From positions 13,533 through 77,532 of the forward strand of contig JADHWK010000006.1 of NCBI GenBank assembly GCA_016783505.1: 64,000 bases of DNA, written 5' to 3'. Positions 1 to 11,153 of this stretch are shown here, piece by piece (position 1 is the stretch's first letter; each line of letters starts with the position of its first letter). The notes below the pieces were generated by a model. It was given only the letters and a program-made list of their open reading frames with translations, was not told the DNA's origin and ran no database searches. Source of the DNA: Candidatus Zhuqueibacterota bacterium. GTDB taxonomy: Bacteria; BS750m-G25. Both the position numbers and the translations under genes were made by a program.

Positions 1-1
1 T

Positions 2-1030
2 GGGCAGGCTGTAAAGAAGCGGGAACAATTGTTAAGACAGATCAAGGAAGGTCAGGCCCAGTTCATCATCGGCACCCACGCACTGATCCAGGAAGGGGTG
101 GATTTTAAAAGGTTGGGGTTGGTAGTGATTGACGAACAGCACCGATTCGGGGTGATGCAGCGGGCTATCCTGCGCAAGAAAGGCTTCTCGCCCGATGTGC
201 TGGTGATGACGGCCACCCCCATCCCCCGAACGCTTTCCCTGACCCTTTACGGGGACCTGGACATCTCAACCATCGAGGAGATGCCCAGCGGACGGAAGCC
301 GATAGTGACCGTGGTCCGGGACGAATCAAAAAGGGCGGATCTTTACCGTTTTATCCAAGAAGAAGTCCAGAGAGGAAGGCAGGTCTATATCGTCTACCCC
401 TTAGTGGAGGAGTCGGAGAAGGTGGACCTTGAGGACGCCACTCGGAACTGGAGGCGGTTGAAGGATGAGGTCTTTCCCCAGTTCCGGGTGGGGCTGTTGC
501 ACGGCAGGCTCAAGGGCGAGGAAAAGGAAGGGGTGATGGAGGTCTTCAAAGAGGGTCGGCTGGACATCCTGGTATGCACCACGGTGGTGGAGGTGGGGGT
601 GGATGTGCCCAATGCCACGGTGATGGTGATCGAACACGCCGAACGGTTCGGGCTAACCCCACTGCATCAACTGCGGGGTCGGGTGGGCCGGGGTGGGGAA
701 AGATCCTACTGCGTCCTGATGATCTCCGGCTATCCCTCCCCAGAAGCCAAAAGGAGGCTGAAGGTTATGACCCGAACCACCGATGGATTTAAGATTGCTG
801 AGACGGACCTGGAAATCCGGGGCCCCGGGGAGTTCTTCGGCACCAGGCAGCACGGCTTGCCCGAACTGACCATCGCCAACCTGCTGACCGATGGGGAGAT
901 CCTACGACGGGCCCGAAGAGAGGCTTTTTCCTTAGTGGATCGGGACTCCAAGCTGATGAACCATCCCCGGGTGCGGGAGCACCTGATAAGGCGCTACCGG
1001 CATAAGTGGGAACTGGCGGGGGTGGGGTGA
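2..1030 (+). CDS. recG: ATP-dependent DNA helicase RecG, C-terminal part (begins before window)
   Basis: IIGTHAL, DEQHRFGVMQR, MTATPIPRTL, HQLRGRVGRG and DLEIRGPGEFFGTRQHG motifs; frame open from nt 2. Confidence 0.97.
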   Translation, partial: GQAVKKREQLLRQIKEGQAQFIIGTHALIQEGVDFKRLGLVVIDEQHRFGVMQRAILRKKGFSPDVLVMTATPIPRTLSLTLYGDLDISTIEEMPSGRKPIVTVVRDESKRADLYRFIQEEVQRGRQVYIVYPLVEESEKVDLEDATRNWRRLKDEVFPQFRVGLLHGRLKGEEKEGVMEVFKEGRLDILVCTTVVEVGVDVPNATVMVIEHAERFGLTPLHQLRGRVGRGGERSYCVLMISGYPSPEAKRRLKVMTRTTDGFKIAETDLEIRGPGEFFGTRQHGLPELTIANLLTDGEILRRARREAFSLVDRDSKLMNHPRVREHLIRRYRHKWELAGVG

Positions 1031-1146
1031 TCACGGATGACACGGATGTTGCGCCTGCCTGTCGGCAGACAGGGATTCACACGGATTGATAATATTTTGA
1101 ATAAAGAATCGGTGAAAATCTGCTTGAGCTAGTGTCATCTGTGTGC
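1031..1146. repeat. Inverted short-period repeat element (CACGGAT-type units) with nested CCTGCCTGTCGGCAGACAGG palindrome
   Basis: CACGGATGACACGGAT...CACACGGAT on the left, ATCGGTG...GTGTCATCTGTGTG on the right; inner palindrome at ~1054-1073. Confidence 0.65.
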
Positions 1147-1248
1147 TACTTTTTCTAAAAGTTTTGGAATTCTGTCCAGATCCGTATCTTCAGATCGGTT
1201 CTCAATTTATAGACGTTTTATTCTACAGATTTATTAGGTTTCGGAGTT

Positions 1249-1374
1249 ACCCCGAGATCTCGGGGTTTATAAACAGAATTGTGTGGAGTGCGTCCCGAGC
1301 CTTCGGGACGCATAAATTGACATCCCGAATGATCAGTCAGGCCCCTGACTGATCGGGACAGGCTGGTCAATTTA
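1249..1374. repeat. Cluster of palindromic mini-elements upstream of parA
   Basis: Perfect ACCCCGAGATCTCGGGGT (1249-1266); GCGTCCCGA-GCCT-TCGGGACGC; TAAATTGAC...GTCAATTTA enclosing TCCCGA...ATCAGTCAGGCCCCTGACTGATCGGGA. Confidence 0.8.
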
Positions 1375-1424
1375 CTACAAAATAGAATTTGTGAAAGGTA
1401 ACAGCCGTTTTATAAGGACAATAC

Positions 1425-2189
1425 ATGGGTAAGGTTATCGTAATTGCCAATCAGAAGGGGGGGACGGGGAAGACAACCACCGCTGTTAACCTATCGGCGG
1501 CCATCGCGGTGGCCGAGCGGAAAACGCTGCTGGTGGACATTGACCCCCAGGCCAATTCCACCTCTGGATTTGGGATCAATGCCCGCAAGAACCAGCGCAC
1601 CATCTATGATGTGTTGATCAAAGAGCAGAAGCTTAGCCAGACCGTCCTTTCCACCGATATTGGTTATCTTGACCTGGTTCCCTCACACATCAAGCTGGTG
1701 GGGGCCGAGGTGGAGCTGGTGAGCATGATCGCCAGGGAACATATCCTACGTAAGGCCTTGGAGGGGGTAAAGGAAAACTATCGTTATGTCTTCATTGATT
1801 GTCCCCCCTCCCTGGGTCTTTTGACCTTGAACGGGCTCACGGCAGCCGATTCGATTCTCATCCCCATTCAGTGTGAATATTACGCCCTGGAAGGACTGGG
1901 CCAGCTTTTAAACACCATCAGACTGGTTCAAAAGTATCTGAACAAGAAACTTAGAATTGAGGGGGTGTTGTTGACGATGTATGATTCCCGGCTGAACCTG
2001 GCCAAACAGGTGGCCGAGGATGTTAGAAACTATTTCGGTGAAAAGGCTTTTCGAACGATTATTAATCGCAATGTAAAGTTGTCCGAGGCGCCCAGCTTCG
2101 GCCTCCCCATTATTCTCTACGATGCCATCTCCCGGGGGGCGGAAGACTATCTGGCCTTGGCGGAGGAGTTATTAAGCCATGAAGAATAA
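1425..2189 (+). CDS. parA: Chromosome partitioning ATPase ParA/Soj
   Basis: Deviant Walker [35 protein letters not shown]. Confidence 0.97.
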   Translation: MGKVIVIANQKGGTGKTTTAVNLSAAIAVAERKTLLVDIDPQANSTSGFGINARKNQRTIYDVLIKEQKLSQTVLSTDIGYLDLVPSHIKLVGAEVELVSMIAREHILRKALEGVKENYRYVFIDCPPSLGLLTLNGLTAADSILIPIQCEYYALEGLGQLLNTIRLVQKYLNKKLRIEGVLLTMYDSRLNLAKQVAEDVRNYFGEKAFRTIINRNVKLSEAPSFGLPIILYDAISRGAEDYLALAEELLSHEE

Positions 2190-3036
2190 AGTCTTGGGCA
2201 GGGGGCTGGAAGCCCTGATCCCCATGCCGGAAGAGGAAGGAGTGGGGGTTCAGGAGATCGAGTTGGCCGGGATTAAGTCCAATCCCTACCAGCCCCGACA
2301 GCAATTCGATCGGGAGGGGTTTGAGGAACTGAAGCGGTCCATTGAGGAAAAAGGGATCATCCAGCCCATTGCCGTTCGTAAGGCCGGGGATGGTTTTGAG
2401 GTCATCGCCGGGGAGAGGCGGGTGCGGGCCTGTAAGGAACTGGGGTGGGAGAAAATTGCTGCCTATGCGCTGGAAAATATTTCCGATGGGGAGATGCTGG
2501 AAATTGCCTTAGTGGAAAACATCCAGCGGGAAGATCTGAACCCCATGGAGTTGGCCCTGGCCTACCAGCGGTTGATCACAGAAAGGCACCTGACCCAGGA
2601 GGAGGTGGCCCAGCGGGTGGGCAAGGATCGGTCCACGGTGACCAATTTCTTAAGGCTCTTGAAACTTCCGGCTAAGGTTCAAGAAAGTCTACGAACCGGG
2701 GAGATCACGGTGGGACATGCCCGGGCGCTGGTCACTGTGGGCGGGGAAACCAACCAACTGGCAATCTGGGAAAAGATCGTCCGGCAGGGGCTCAACGTCC
2801 GTCAGGTGGAGAAGCTGGTGGGCGGGGGGACGCTAAGGCCGCCCGGGGCGGGCCCCTCACGTCCCAAAAAACTGTCTTATCTGATCGAGGCTGAGGATAA
2901 ACTCCAGGGGATCCTGGGGACGAAGGTGAGAATAAAGCACCGGAAAAAAGGGGGGCACATCGAGATTGAATACTATTCCAATGAGGACCTGGAGAGGTTG
3001 ATGGAGATTTTCTCAGCCATGGAAGAACGATATTAA
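2179..3036 (+). CDS. parB: Chromosome partitioning protein ParB/Spo0J
   Basis: LGRGLEAL N-terminus, [24 protein letters not shown]; overlaps parA. Confidence 0.97.
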   Translation: MKNKVLGRGLEALIPMPEEEGVGVQEIELAGIKSNPYQPRQQFDREGFEELKRSIEEKGIIQPIAVRKAGDGFEVIAGERRVRACKELGWEKIAAYALENISDGEMLEIALVENIQREDLNPMELALAYQRLITERHLTQEEVAQRVGKDRSTVTNFLRLLKLPAKVQESLRTGEITVGHARALVTVGGETNQLAIWEKIVRQGLNVRQVEKLVGGGTLRPPGAGPSRPKKLSYLIEAEDKLQGILGTKVRIKHRKKGGHIEIEYYSNEDLERLMEIFSAMEERY

Positions 3037-3078
3037 GAGAAACTATTTCCCAATGGTTTACCAAAAAATTAACTTTCC

Positions 3079-6000
3079 ATGAAAAAGTTATCCTTAGTTT
3101 TAACCGGTGTTTCTTTGTTACCAGCCCTCCTTTTCTCCCAGACCTGGTGGGGGGGCAAACTACAAAGACCAGAAGCAAGGAAAAGTCAGGTCGTCCGCAC
3201 TAAAAAAGGGGAAGTCCAATCGGTGCTGGTCAGCCGGGATGGGGAGGTTCGGGTCAATACTATTGATCTGAACGAGGAGCTTTACGTTATTGTCCAGTTT
3301 AAGGATACCCCGTTGTTGTTGCAGAAAAAGCGGGAGCGGATGTCTCCGGGATCAATCGAAGCCCGATTTGGCCAGTTTGAAGCCGACTTGGCCAGGCTTC
3401 AGGCTAAGGTGGCCCCCCACCTGGCCCCGGAGGCTCCCACCTATCAAATTCTTAGGCGCTTTTCCAAAATCTACTGCGGGGTTTCCCTGAAGGCATCAAG
3501 GGGTCTGGTGCAGACCCTTCATGGGCTTCCCTATGTTAAAAGCATCAGGGAAGTTAAGAAGGTTTACGCCCATCTGAACGAAAGCGTGGGCCTGATTGGG
3601 GCCGATTCGGTCTGGAGCCATTACGGGGTTATGGGGGATAGTATTGTAGTGGGCGTTTTGGACACCGGGATTGACTATACCCATCCCGCTTTAGGGAATG
3701 GGTTCGGCCCGGGCTTTAAGGTCATCGGGGGGTATGATGTGGCGAATCAGGATGAGGATCCTATGGATGGTGTCGGGCATGGGACCCACGTGGCGGGGAT
3801 CGTGGCCGCCGATGGGGACAGCATTCGGGGGGTGGCCCCCCGCGCCCTGCTGATGGCCTTTAAGGTGTTAACCGATGAGGGATGGGGATGGGAAGATTGG
3901 ATCCTTGAGGGTATCGAGAGAGCCGTAGATCCCGATGGGGATCCCAATACTGATGACGCCGTTGATATCATTAACCTCAGTTTGGGAGGCAGGGGTGACC
4001 CCGATGATCCCCTTTCTACGGCGGTGGACGGGGCAGTGGAATTGGGTGTAGTCTGCGTGATTTCGGCAGGAAATAACTTTAATTATAACTCCATTGGAAG
4101 CCCCGGAACAGCCCGGGCGGCGATCACAGTAGGGGCTACTGATAAATCCGACCAGATTGCCTATTTCAGTTCCCGGGGCCCTAATAAGATAACTTATGGC
4201 ATAAAACCGGACCTCGTGGCTCCTGGGGTGGATATCCTCTCCTGTGACTTGGGGGGAGGGTTTGTGAAACACGACGGCACCTCTATGTCGGCTCCCCATG
4301 TTGCCGGTGTGGCGGCACTGCTGTTAGACCTGTATCGGGACTGGACCCCGGCGATGATCAAATCGGCCCTGATGAGCCAGGGTGTGGACATAGGCGAGGA
4401 TGTGTTTACCCAGGGAGCCGGGAGGGTGGATGCCTTAGCCTCTGCGGGAGTGGCTACCCTCACCAACCCGGCTAGCCTGAGCTTCGGTCTGGATGACGTA
4501 ACCCAGGATTTATGGACGGTGACCGATACCCTAAATGTCATTAATGTTGATTCCCTACTACAGGATTATGTTATCCAGTTTTCAGGGATGCTGGAGGGTC
4601 TTTCGCTAAGTGCTGACCCAGCAGGTTTTACCTTATTACCGGGCGGGGAACAGTCGGTCGTCATTGAATTACTGGTGGATAATATCCTGCTTTCCTGGCC
4701 TGAAGAATATCCCCCCTCCTATGAGGGAGCATTGACGATTGGTGGAACCTCGGATACGCTGAACATCCCCTGGGCCCTGCTGAAAGCATCGGTGGTTCGG
4801 CTTACGTTTGACAGTCCCCGGCCAGGGGTCTTTATCAGCAGTAACGAGTATGCTATAACTGATGTTGATTTAACCTGGGAAGCTGGTAATACAGTAGCTG
4901 AGGGGATTCTTCCCCGGGGGATTTATGATATCGTGACTCATTATTATGGTCTCACAACAAATAGATATGTGTTTTGGGAGAATATGCTTATTGAGGGCTT
5001 TTTGGATACGCTGATTTCCTCTTCTGAAGCGATCCATGCCATTACCACTTGGGACCTCGACGAAGGGGGGAACCCTTTGGGCGGTGGTGATGAATTAAAT
5101 AGCCACCAGAACATCATCCTTACCTTTCCTGATTCATCCTATTTCCGTGCCTACTCCCTTGGCTCTCCCATTTCAGATACCGTTATGACTTCAGATTTTA
5201 GTTCGGATTTTGAATTACAGGTAGTCCACCGACGGGTTATTCAGGGAAAATTTTATGTCATGTCCCATAGTATAGAAGGATTGGTTATAGACACGGCCCT
5301 GGTCAACGACCCTTTTTCCTATGTTTCCCAGGCCCTTAATTTTCAATTTAATCCTAATATGGGAAATTATTTTCTCACTTTTTTAGACGGCATACATGTT
5401 AAAAGGGATGAGATCGAATTCGGTTTCTTATTTGGTCAAATAGAACCCTACTACCCTGTAGAAAATCCCGACTCTATCCAGGCGTTCTTAACAAATAGAA
5501 TAGCTCGGAAAGAAGTCGGATACATAACCGCTCTTGATGGTTGGGATATTGATCTGTATAATTTTGAGGATGTTATTCGTGGATATTATTTCTTTAGCAG
5601 ACCTTTTTATGTCACCGAGGGGGACTCGGTGGCCAATAGCTGGTGGGTTCCCCCCAAAAAAATCGATGTGGTTTCCCCGACGGGGGGACAAATGTTCTTC
5701 GGTGGATCAGCGCCTTTTTGCTATTCTTACAACCTAAATAACTATTTTGGGAACCTATCCATTATGAATTATCCTTACCCTACCGGACAAGCCAATGAAG
5801 TTAGATATTCGGATTTATTTAAATCCCGATATTGGATAATGCAAGATACCACCGTCCTGACAACCGATACCTTGTGGAATATTGAGCCCTTCACTGTTCA
5901 ATCCCCGGCCTTGTATACCTTTATGGTTGAAAACCCGAACTACTATCTGGACCAGCTTCAGGGACAATCCCAGCTCTGGATGACCTTTGACCTGGGACAG

Positions 6001-6765
6001 GATGACCCCAATTCCCCCACTTTAACCTCCTTTAAAATCAAAAATGACGAGCATCAGGTTACCAGTCAACTGGATCTTGATGAAACCGCAATCGTCGAAC
6101 TGACAGCGGCGGATTTTATAGTAGAGGATTGGATGCTCGGCTATTTCGGCTATCAGGATGTAGCCCAGGTCGGGCTATACTACAAGCTTTTCGATGGGGA
6201 GGACTGGGGTGAGATACCCTTGGTGGAGAGCCAAGCCGATTTTGACAGCTCCTACGGTCGTTTTTTCACCGCTGATCTAACCCCCATTACCAGCCAATAT
6301 CCCGAAAGCACCGTTGTGGATTTGAAGGTCTTCGTTTCCGACTTCAGCGGCAACATCACTGAGCAGATTTTCCACCCTGCTTTTAAAATTGGAAATGTCA
6401 TTATTACCGGGGTTGAAGGGGAACGTATGCAGGCTGAAATTGGTATCCCTCTCGCCTTTGCCTTGGATCAGAACTATCCCAACCCTTTTAATCCAGAGAC
6501 GGTCATAAGGTATCATTTACCCCAGGCCTCAAAGGTCGTTTTAAAAATATACAACATATTGGGTGAGGAGGTGAAGATCCTAGTTGATGTACATCAGGTT
6601 GCCGGTTCATATACTATTAGCTGGGATGGACGGAATCAACTAGGGAAGCCGGTGGCCTCGGGGATTTATTTTTGTCGGATCACCTCCGGGCCTGCGGGTG
6701 ACAACTTTGCTGGTTACGATCAGAGGAATTTTACTAGGGTAAGAAAAATGGTGCTTCTACGATAA
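3079..6765 (+). CDS. Secreted S8 (subtilisin-like) serine peptidase with C-terminal FlgD-Ig/T9SS-type sorting domain
   Basis: Signal peptide; triad VLDTG, HGTHVAG, GTSMSAP; C-terminal QNYPNPFNP...SGIYF...KMVLLR. Confidence 0.92.
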   Translation: MKKLSLVLTGVSLLPALLFSQTWWGGKLQRPEARKSQVVRTKKGEVQSVLVSRDGEVRVNTIDLNEELYVIVQFKDTPLLLQKKRERMSPGSIEARFGQFEADLARLQAKVAPHLAPEAPTYQILRRFSKIYCGVSLKASRGLVQTLHGLPYVKSIREVKKVYAHLNESVGLIGADSVWSHYGVMGDSIVVGVLDTGIDYTHPALGNGFGPGFKVIGGYDVANQDEDPMDGVGHGTHVAGIVAADGDSIRGVAPRALLMAFKVLTDEGWGWEDWILEGIERAVDPDGDPNTDDAVDIINLSLGGRGDPDDPLSTAVDGAVELGVVCVISAGNNFNYNSIGSPGTARAAITVGATDKSDQIAYFSSRGPNKITYGIKPDLVAPGVDILSCDLGGGFVKHDGTSMSAPHVAGVAALLLDLYRDWTPAMIKSALMSQGVDIGEDVFTQGAGRVDALASAGVATLTNPASLSFGLDDVTQDLWTVTDTLNVINVDSLLQDYVIQFSGMLEGLSLSADPAGFTLLPGGEQSVVIELLVDNILLSWPEEYPPSYEGALTIGGTSDTLNIPWALLKASVVRLTFDSPRPGVFISSNEYAITDVDLTWEAGNTVAEGILPRGIYDIVTHYYGLTTNRYVFWENMLIEGFLDTLISSSEAIHAITTWDLDEGGNPLGGGDELNSHQNIILTFPDSSYFRAYSLGSPISDTVMTSDFSSDFELQVVHRRVIQGKFYVMSHSIEGLVIDTALVNDPFSYVSQALNFQFNPNMGNYFLTFLDGIHVKRDEIEFGFLFGQIEPYYPVENPDSIQAFLTNRIARKEVGYITALDGWDIDLYNFEDVIRGYYFFSRPFYVTEGDSVANSWWVPPKKIDVVSPTGGQMFFGGSAPFCYSYNLNNYFGNLSIMNYPYPTGQANEVRYSDLFKSRYWIMQDTTVLTTDTLWNIEPFTVQSPALYTFMVENPNYYLDQLQGQSQLWMTFDLGQDDPNSPTLTSFKIKNDEHQVTSQLDLDETAIVELTAADFIVEDWMLGYFGYQDVAQVGLYYKLFDGEDWGEIPLVESQADFDSSYGRFFTADLTPITSQYPESTVVDLKVFVSDFSGNITEQIFHPAFKIGNVIITGVEGERMQAEIGIPLAFALDQNYPNPFNPETVIRYHLPQASKVVLKIYNILGEEVKILVDVHQVAGSYTISWDGRNQLGKPVASGIYFCRITSGPAGDNFAGYDQRNFTRVRKMVLLR

Positions 6766-7478
6766 TGAATAACGAACTTCTTTTTGTCGCTATGACCGGC
6801 TTCGGACTTGGGGGGACGCTGTTGGCCTTCGCTCTGGGGGGTAAGGATTGGATTAAGGCCATCATTGGGGTGAACATCATTTTAGCCAATATCTTTGTCA
6901 CCAAACAAATGAACCTATTTGGAATTGCTGCCACCGGGGGAAACATCCTCTACGGATCCATCTTCCTGGCCACCGACCTGCTCTGCGAGCATTATGATAA
7001 AAAGGAAGCCCGGGATGGGGTGATGATGGGATTCTTCTTCGCCCTGTTCTTTCTGGTGGTCTCTCAGCTCATTTTGGTGTTTATTCCCAATAAATGGGAT
7101 ACCGTTCAGGAAAGCATGAAGCATATCTTTGGCTTTGTTCCCCGCATCATCTTCGCCTCCCTGGTGGCCTACCTGGTCAGCCAGCTTCACGATGTGTGGA
7201 TGTATCACAAAATTAAAATTTTCAAACCAGCCAAAAAATGGCTCTGGTTACGTAACAATGGGTCCACCTGGCTCAGTCAATTGATAGACAGTGTGGTTTT
7301 CTCCCTTGTTGCTTTTTGGGGCACGATGCCGTTTTCTGTGGTTCTTCAGATCATTTTCACCACCTACGTCCTGAAGATTATCGTCGCCGCCTGCGATACC
7401 CCGTTTATTTATTTGAGTTATGCTATTAAAGGGAGAAGAAAACCATTACTCTTTACAGCAACTAGCCCCGAGAAATGA
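6765..7478 (+). CDS. Queuosine precursor transporter (YhhQ/VUT family)
   Basis: Multi-TM; FLATDLLCEHY, ASLVAYLVSQLHDV, WLRNNGSTWLSQLIDS, DTPFIY. Confidence 0.88.
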   Translation: MNNELLFVAMTGFGLGGTLLAFALGGKDWIKAIIGVNIILANIFVTKQMNLFGIAATGGNILYGSIFLATDLLCEHYDKKEARDGVMMGFFFALFFLVVSQLILVFIPNKWDTVQESMKHIFGFVPRIIFASLVAYLVSQLHDVWMYHKIKIFKPAKKWLWLRNNGSTWLSQLIDSVVFSLVAFWGTMPFSVVLQIIFTTYVLKIIVAACDTPFIYLSYAIKGRRKPLLFTATSPEK

Positions 7479-8344
7479 TCTCTACGATTTTAATAAGCCT
7501 TCGTCCCAATCAGTGGACGAAGAATCTTTTCCTCTTCGCCGGCATCGTTTTTTCCCGTCAGTTGACGAATATGGAGGCCTTAACCAAGGTCCTGGGGGGC
7601 TTTATCGCTTTCTGTCTCCTTTCCAGTGCCAACTATCTGATCAACGATGTGCTGGACATAGAGGAGGACAGGCAGCATCCGGTCAAGTCCCGGAGGCCTA
7701 TTCCCAGCGGGGCGTTATCGGTCAGGCTGGCGGTGGCCGTTGCCCTGGGGATGATGGCCGGGGGGTTGCTGCTATCTTTCCTCCTTAATCCCGTGTTCGG
7801 ACTGGTTGCCCTGGGTTATCTGGTGTTGACCGTGGCCTATTCCTTAGCCCTGAAAAATGTGGTGCTGGTGGACATCCTGACGGTGGCAGTGGGGTATGTG
7901 CTGCGGGCCATCGGGGGGGCGGCGGTGATCGGGGTGGAAATCTCCTCCTGGCTTCTGATCTGCACCATCCTACTTTCCCTGTTTTTGGTATTGGGCAAGC
8001 GGAGGGGGGATCTGGTTTTGGCGGTTTCTAATCCCAGCGGAAATCGGAGAACCTTGCAAAAATATGACCTGACCCTGTTGGATCAGATGATCACCATCAC
8101 CGGCGCAGCGGCTATTCTGTCCTATGCCCTGTATACCATGTCGGCACGTACGGTTGGCGAGTTTCATACCGAGAACCTGCGGTATACCTTAATCTTCGTC
8201 GTCTACGGCATCTTCCGTTATCTTTACCTGCTTCGGAAAGGGGAGGGGCGGGCGCCGGAAGAAATTCTAATCACAGACAAACCCCTGCTTATAAATTTGA
8301 TCCTATGGGCTGGGTGTGTGGGTTTAGTTATTTACAGTTACTAA
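7475..8344 (+). CDS. UbiA-family prenyltransferase, decaprenyl-phosphate phosphoribosyltransferase-like
   Basis: RPNQWTKN, NDVLDIEEDRQHPVKSRRPIPSG, GKRR, YGIFRYLY. Confidence 0.88.
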   Translation: MISTILISLRPNQWTKNLFLFAGIVFSRQLTNMEALTKVLGGFIAFCLLSSANYLINDVLDIEEDRQHPVKSRRPIPSGALSVRLAVAVALGMMAGGLLLSFLLNPVFGLVALGYLVLTVAYSLALKNVVLVDILTVAVGYVLRAIGGAAVIGVEISSWLLICTILLSLFLVLGKRRGDLVLAVSNPSGNRRTLQKYDLTLLDQMITITGAAAILSYALYTMSARTVGEFHTENLRYTLIFVVYGIFRYLYLLRKGEGRAPEEILITDKPLLINLILWAGCVGLVIYSY

Positions 8345-8488
8345 GAACGATCCGGCATCTTACGGATGTCTTTTTATCGCCCCGTATAATTTTCAAGCAA
8401 TCATAAGCTGCCTTAAACACGGTCACAGACCGTGTTAGATACCTTTCTGACATTTTATAGTTATGCGATTTATTAAATCTCCATCTTT

Positions 8489-9574
8489 ATGATGAACTCC
8501 AAAGTAGCCGTATTGAAAACTTCGCCCGAGTCGGTAATTGAAGATTATGGAAAGCTGATGCGGCTGGCGGAATACGAAAAATACCTACCTAAGGATAAAA
8601 ACACCGCCTTAAAGATAAACATCTCCTGGCATACCTTCTACCCTGCCTGTTCGTCCGCTCCCTGGCAGCTGGACGGTGTTATCAAAACCCTTCTAGAAGA
8701 CGGTTATCCCCGGGAAAAACTGTACGGCTGCCATAATAAGACGGTGGTGGTGAGTGCTAAGAGAGGGGAAATCAATAACAAACAGAAACAGGTTGTAGTT
8801 GATAAATACGGGCTGAAGAACGTTCACCTCTACGAAAATGAAGAATGGGTGACCTATGAGCCTAAGGGGGATATGCTGGTGTTGCCGGAGATCTACCCCG
8901 ATGGAATCCGTATCCCCAGACGTCTGATCGGGGACAATGTTATCCATCTGCCCACCATGAAGACACATGTGTTTACCACCATTACTGGAGCCATGAAGAA
9001 TGCCTTCGGGGGGCTGTTGCACGACAAGCGGCACCACACCCATTCGGTCATTCACGAAACGTTGGTGGACCTGCTGACCATTCAACGGGAAATACACCCG
9101 GGGATCTTCGCAGTGATGGACGGGGCATTCGCCGGGGACGGACCCGGTCCCCGGTGCATGGTGCCCCATGTCAAAGGTTACATTTTGGCTTCCAGGGATC
9201 AGGTGGCCATTGATGCCGTAGCCGCAAAAATGATGGGGATTGACCCATTGTCCCTGAAATTCATCCGGTTAGCCCACCAGCGGGGATTGGGCTGCGGGGA
9301 TCCGGCTGAGATTGAGATCGTGGGGGACGACATTGAAGGTATTAACTGGGGTTTCTCAAGGAACGGAAACACCCTCGCCTCCTGGGGTCAAAAGCTAATC
9401 TACTGGGGCCCTTTGAAGCCTCTGGAAAAATTCCTATTAGGGACGGCTATTGCCCCCTGGTCCTATTTAGCCTCCTTTCTCTATCATGACGTCTATTGGT
9501 ATCCCTTCGTCGGCAGGAAGAGGGTGAAGGAAAGTTTGGAGACGGAATGGGGGCGATTGTTCGAGCGGTACTGA
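8489..9574 (+). CDS. DUF362 domain-containing protein
   Basis: LKINISWH, LPTMKTH...GAMKNAFG, DGAFAGDGPGP, DQVAIDA. Confidence 0.8.
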   Translation: MMNSKVAVLKTSPESVIEDYGKLMRLAEYEKYLPKDKNTALKINISWHTFYPACSSAPWQLDGVIKTLLEDGYPREKLYGCHNKTVVVSAKRGEINNKQKQVVVDKYGLKNVHLYENEEWVTYEPKGDMLVLPEIYPDGIRIPRRLIGDNVIHLPTMKTHVFTTITGAMKNAFGGLLHDKRHHTHSVIHETLVDLLTIQREIHPGIFAVMDGAFAGDGPGPRCMVPHVKGYILASRDQVAIDAVAAKMMGIDPLSLKFIRLAHQRGLGCGDPAEIEIVGDDIEGINWGFSRNGNTLASWGQKLIYWGPLKPLEKFLLGTAIAPWSYLASFLYHDVYWYPFVGRKRVKESLETEWGRLFERY

Positions 9575-9586
9575 CTTCGGGTGATT

Positions 9587-9745
9587 AATTCTAAATTCAA
9601 CATTGACCGAAGGTTCGCTGTAGTGAAAAAACACTGAATTGTTGATTGTTAATTGCCAATTGTTAAAACCTAGGTTCCAGCATCAATCAGCAATCATCAA
9701 TGAGCAATCCTTTCAATGTCATTCGGTGTTTTCTGAATCTGGGTT
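9587..9745. mobile_element. Heptamer-repeat MITE-like element, copy A
   Basis: Core CACTGAATTGTTGATTGTTAATTG...CAGCATCAATCAGCAATC shared with 22288, 38621 and 62831; ends GAATCTGGGTT. Confidence 0.75.
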
Positions 9746-9784
9746 AATTTTAGGGGATTGAACTTCTAAAATCTGGGAGGTAGC

Positions 9785-10549
9785 ATGAAAAAAATCTTTT
9801 TGGTTCTAGTATTGTTACTTGTCTTTGGTTCCTGGGCCTTTCCCCAGGGCATGAAGACCGCCGAGATCAAAGGGTTGATTGACTCCCCCACAGCCGGCTC
9901 CTTGAAGAGGGCCCAGTATGATTTTGAGGTGAGGCTCTTCCCCGGGGGTGGGGCCTTGGCCGGTTTTTCCATCGGGCTTTTCGACCGGCTAATGATGGGC
10001 ATCTTCTACGGGGGGGAAAGCATCATTGCCGATTCGGCCATCAACTGGAACGCCCAACCGGGGGTGATCTTCAAATACCGGCTGTTTGAGGAGACGATGA
10101 AGTTCCCCGCCCTTTCTATCGGCTACTCCTCGCAGGGCTACGGGGCCTACAATGATTCCACCAAGCGGTATGCCATCAAGGCCAAAGGGTTCTTCGTGGT
10201 GGCCGGGAGAAACTTTAAGGTGGACGGACTGGGTTTTTTGGGCGTGCACGGAGGGATCAACTACAATCCCCAGGAAAAGATGACGGGGGGGGATCGGCCT
10301 GACCTCTACGTAGGCCTGGATAAATCCATCAACGAGGAAATCTCCGTGGTCGCCGAATACGACTTCGCCTGGAATGATTTGAAAGATTCCTCATTTAAAA
10401 TCAATACCACAGGCTATCTCAACGCCGGCTTGAGGTGGACCTTTGCCTCCCGGATCAGCATCGAACTGGATTTTAAGAACATCCTCAAAAAGAACGAGGC
10501 TCCGGGGGTCAGTCGGGAGATTAAAATCAATTATTTGGAGTCATTTTAA
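9785..10549 (+). CDS. Putative outer-membrane beta-barrel protein (YjbH-like)
   Basis: Signal peptide, LIDSPTAG motif, alternating aromatic strands, terminal Phe. Confidence 0.6.
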   Translation: MKKIFLVLVLLLVFGSWAFPQGMKTAEIKGLIDSPTAGSLKRAQYDFEVRLFPGGGALAGFSIGLFDRLMMGIFYGGESIIADSAINWNAQPGVIFKYRLFEETMKFPALSIGYSSQGYGAYNDSTKRYAIKAKGFFVVAGRNFKVDGLGFLGVHGGINYNPQEKMTGGDRPDLYVGLDKSINEEISVVAEYDFAWNDLKDSSFKINTTGYLNAGLRWTFASRISIELDFKNILKKNEAPGVSREIKINYLESF

Positions 10550-10618
10550 CCACCCGGGGCAGCTTCAGGCATTGGTCAACATGGGAATCGTAGGGGAGGC
10601 CTGGAAACAAAAGTTGAA

Positions 10619-10640
10619 GTGCTAACAAATTTGTTAGCAC
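10619..10640. promoter_or_regulatory. Perfect 22-bp palindrome, candidate operator
   Basis: GTGCTAACAAATTTGTTAGCAC, 24 nt upstream of the 10665 start. Confidence 0.5.
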
Positions 10641-10664
10641 CAAAATGTTAGTAAAAAAGGGGTA

Positions 10665-11153
10665 ATGAAAATGATATTTAGGGCAAGAAAGGAATTAATT
10701 CTCATTCCTATTGCGGTAGCGGTGTTCTTAGCGATAGGCTGCTACACCCTTATCCGCCATCCCGACTTGAAGGATCAGGCCGATGATCAAGGGCCCACTC
10801 ATATCCATTACGGCAATGTCTGCACCGATTGTCATGGGAGCTATCATGACTTTTACCCCTATCCCGCCTTTCGTTCCGATTATTCCTACTATCGCTGGCG
10901 GGGCTATTACGATTATCCCTGGTGGTGGGATTGGTATTATTATCCTAGCTACGATGGGGATGAACTACTCCTGAAGCCTAAGGAAAGGCGCTTCTTCGGC
11001 CGTCGGCGGGGGCTGGATGATCAGGGTCGTTATTCCAGTCCTTCGCGGCGAAGGGAAAGCGGTGGCCGGGGTGAGGGGGTTAAGAGGAGCAGCCCCCCGA
11101 GGAAGGAGAATAAACAGGAGAGGCCCAAGAAAAAGCGCCGAGGCCTGGAATAA
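10665..11153 (+). CDS. Hypothetical lipoprotein with CxxCH motif, W/Y-rich segment and basic tail
   Basis: Lipobox LAIGC; CTDCH; YYDYPWWWDWYYYP; R/K-rich C-terminus. Confidence 0.65.
   Translation: MKMIFRARKELILIPIAVAVFLAIGCYTLIRHPDLKDQADDQGPTHIHYGNVCTDCHGSYHDFYPYPAFRSDYSYYRWRGYYDYPWWWDWYYYPSYDGDELLLKPKERRFFGRRRGLDDQGRYSSPSRRRESGGRGEGVKRSSPPRKENKQERPKKKRRGLE

Noticed and set aside
1031-3078. parS site near parAB
   Set aside because: No TGTTNCACGTGAAACA-like sequence was found by eye; local palindromes belong to repeat families.
10619-10640. CIRCE (HrcA) operator
   Set aside because: Half-sites resemble CIRCE but are in reversed order with different spacing, and no chaperone gene follows.
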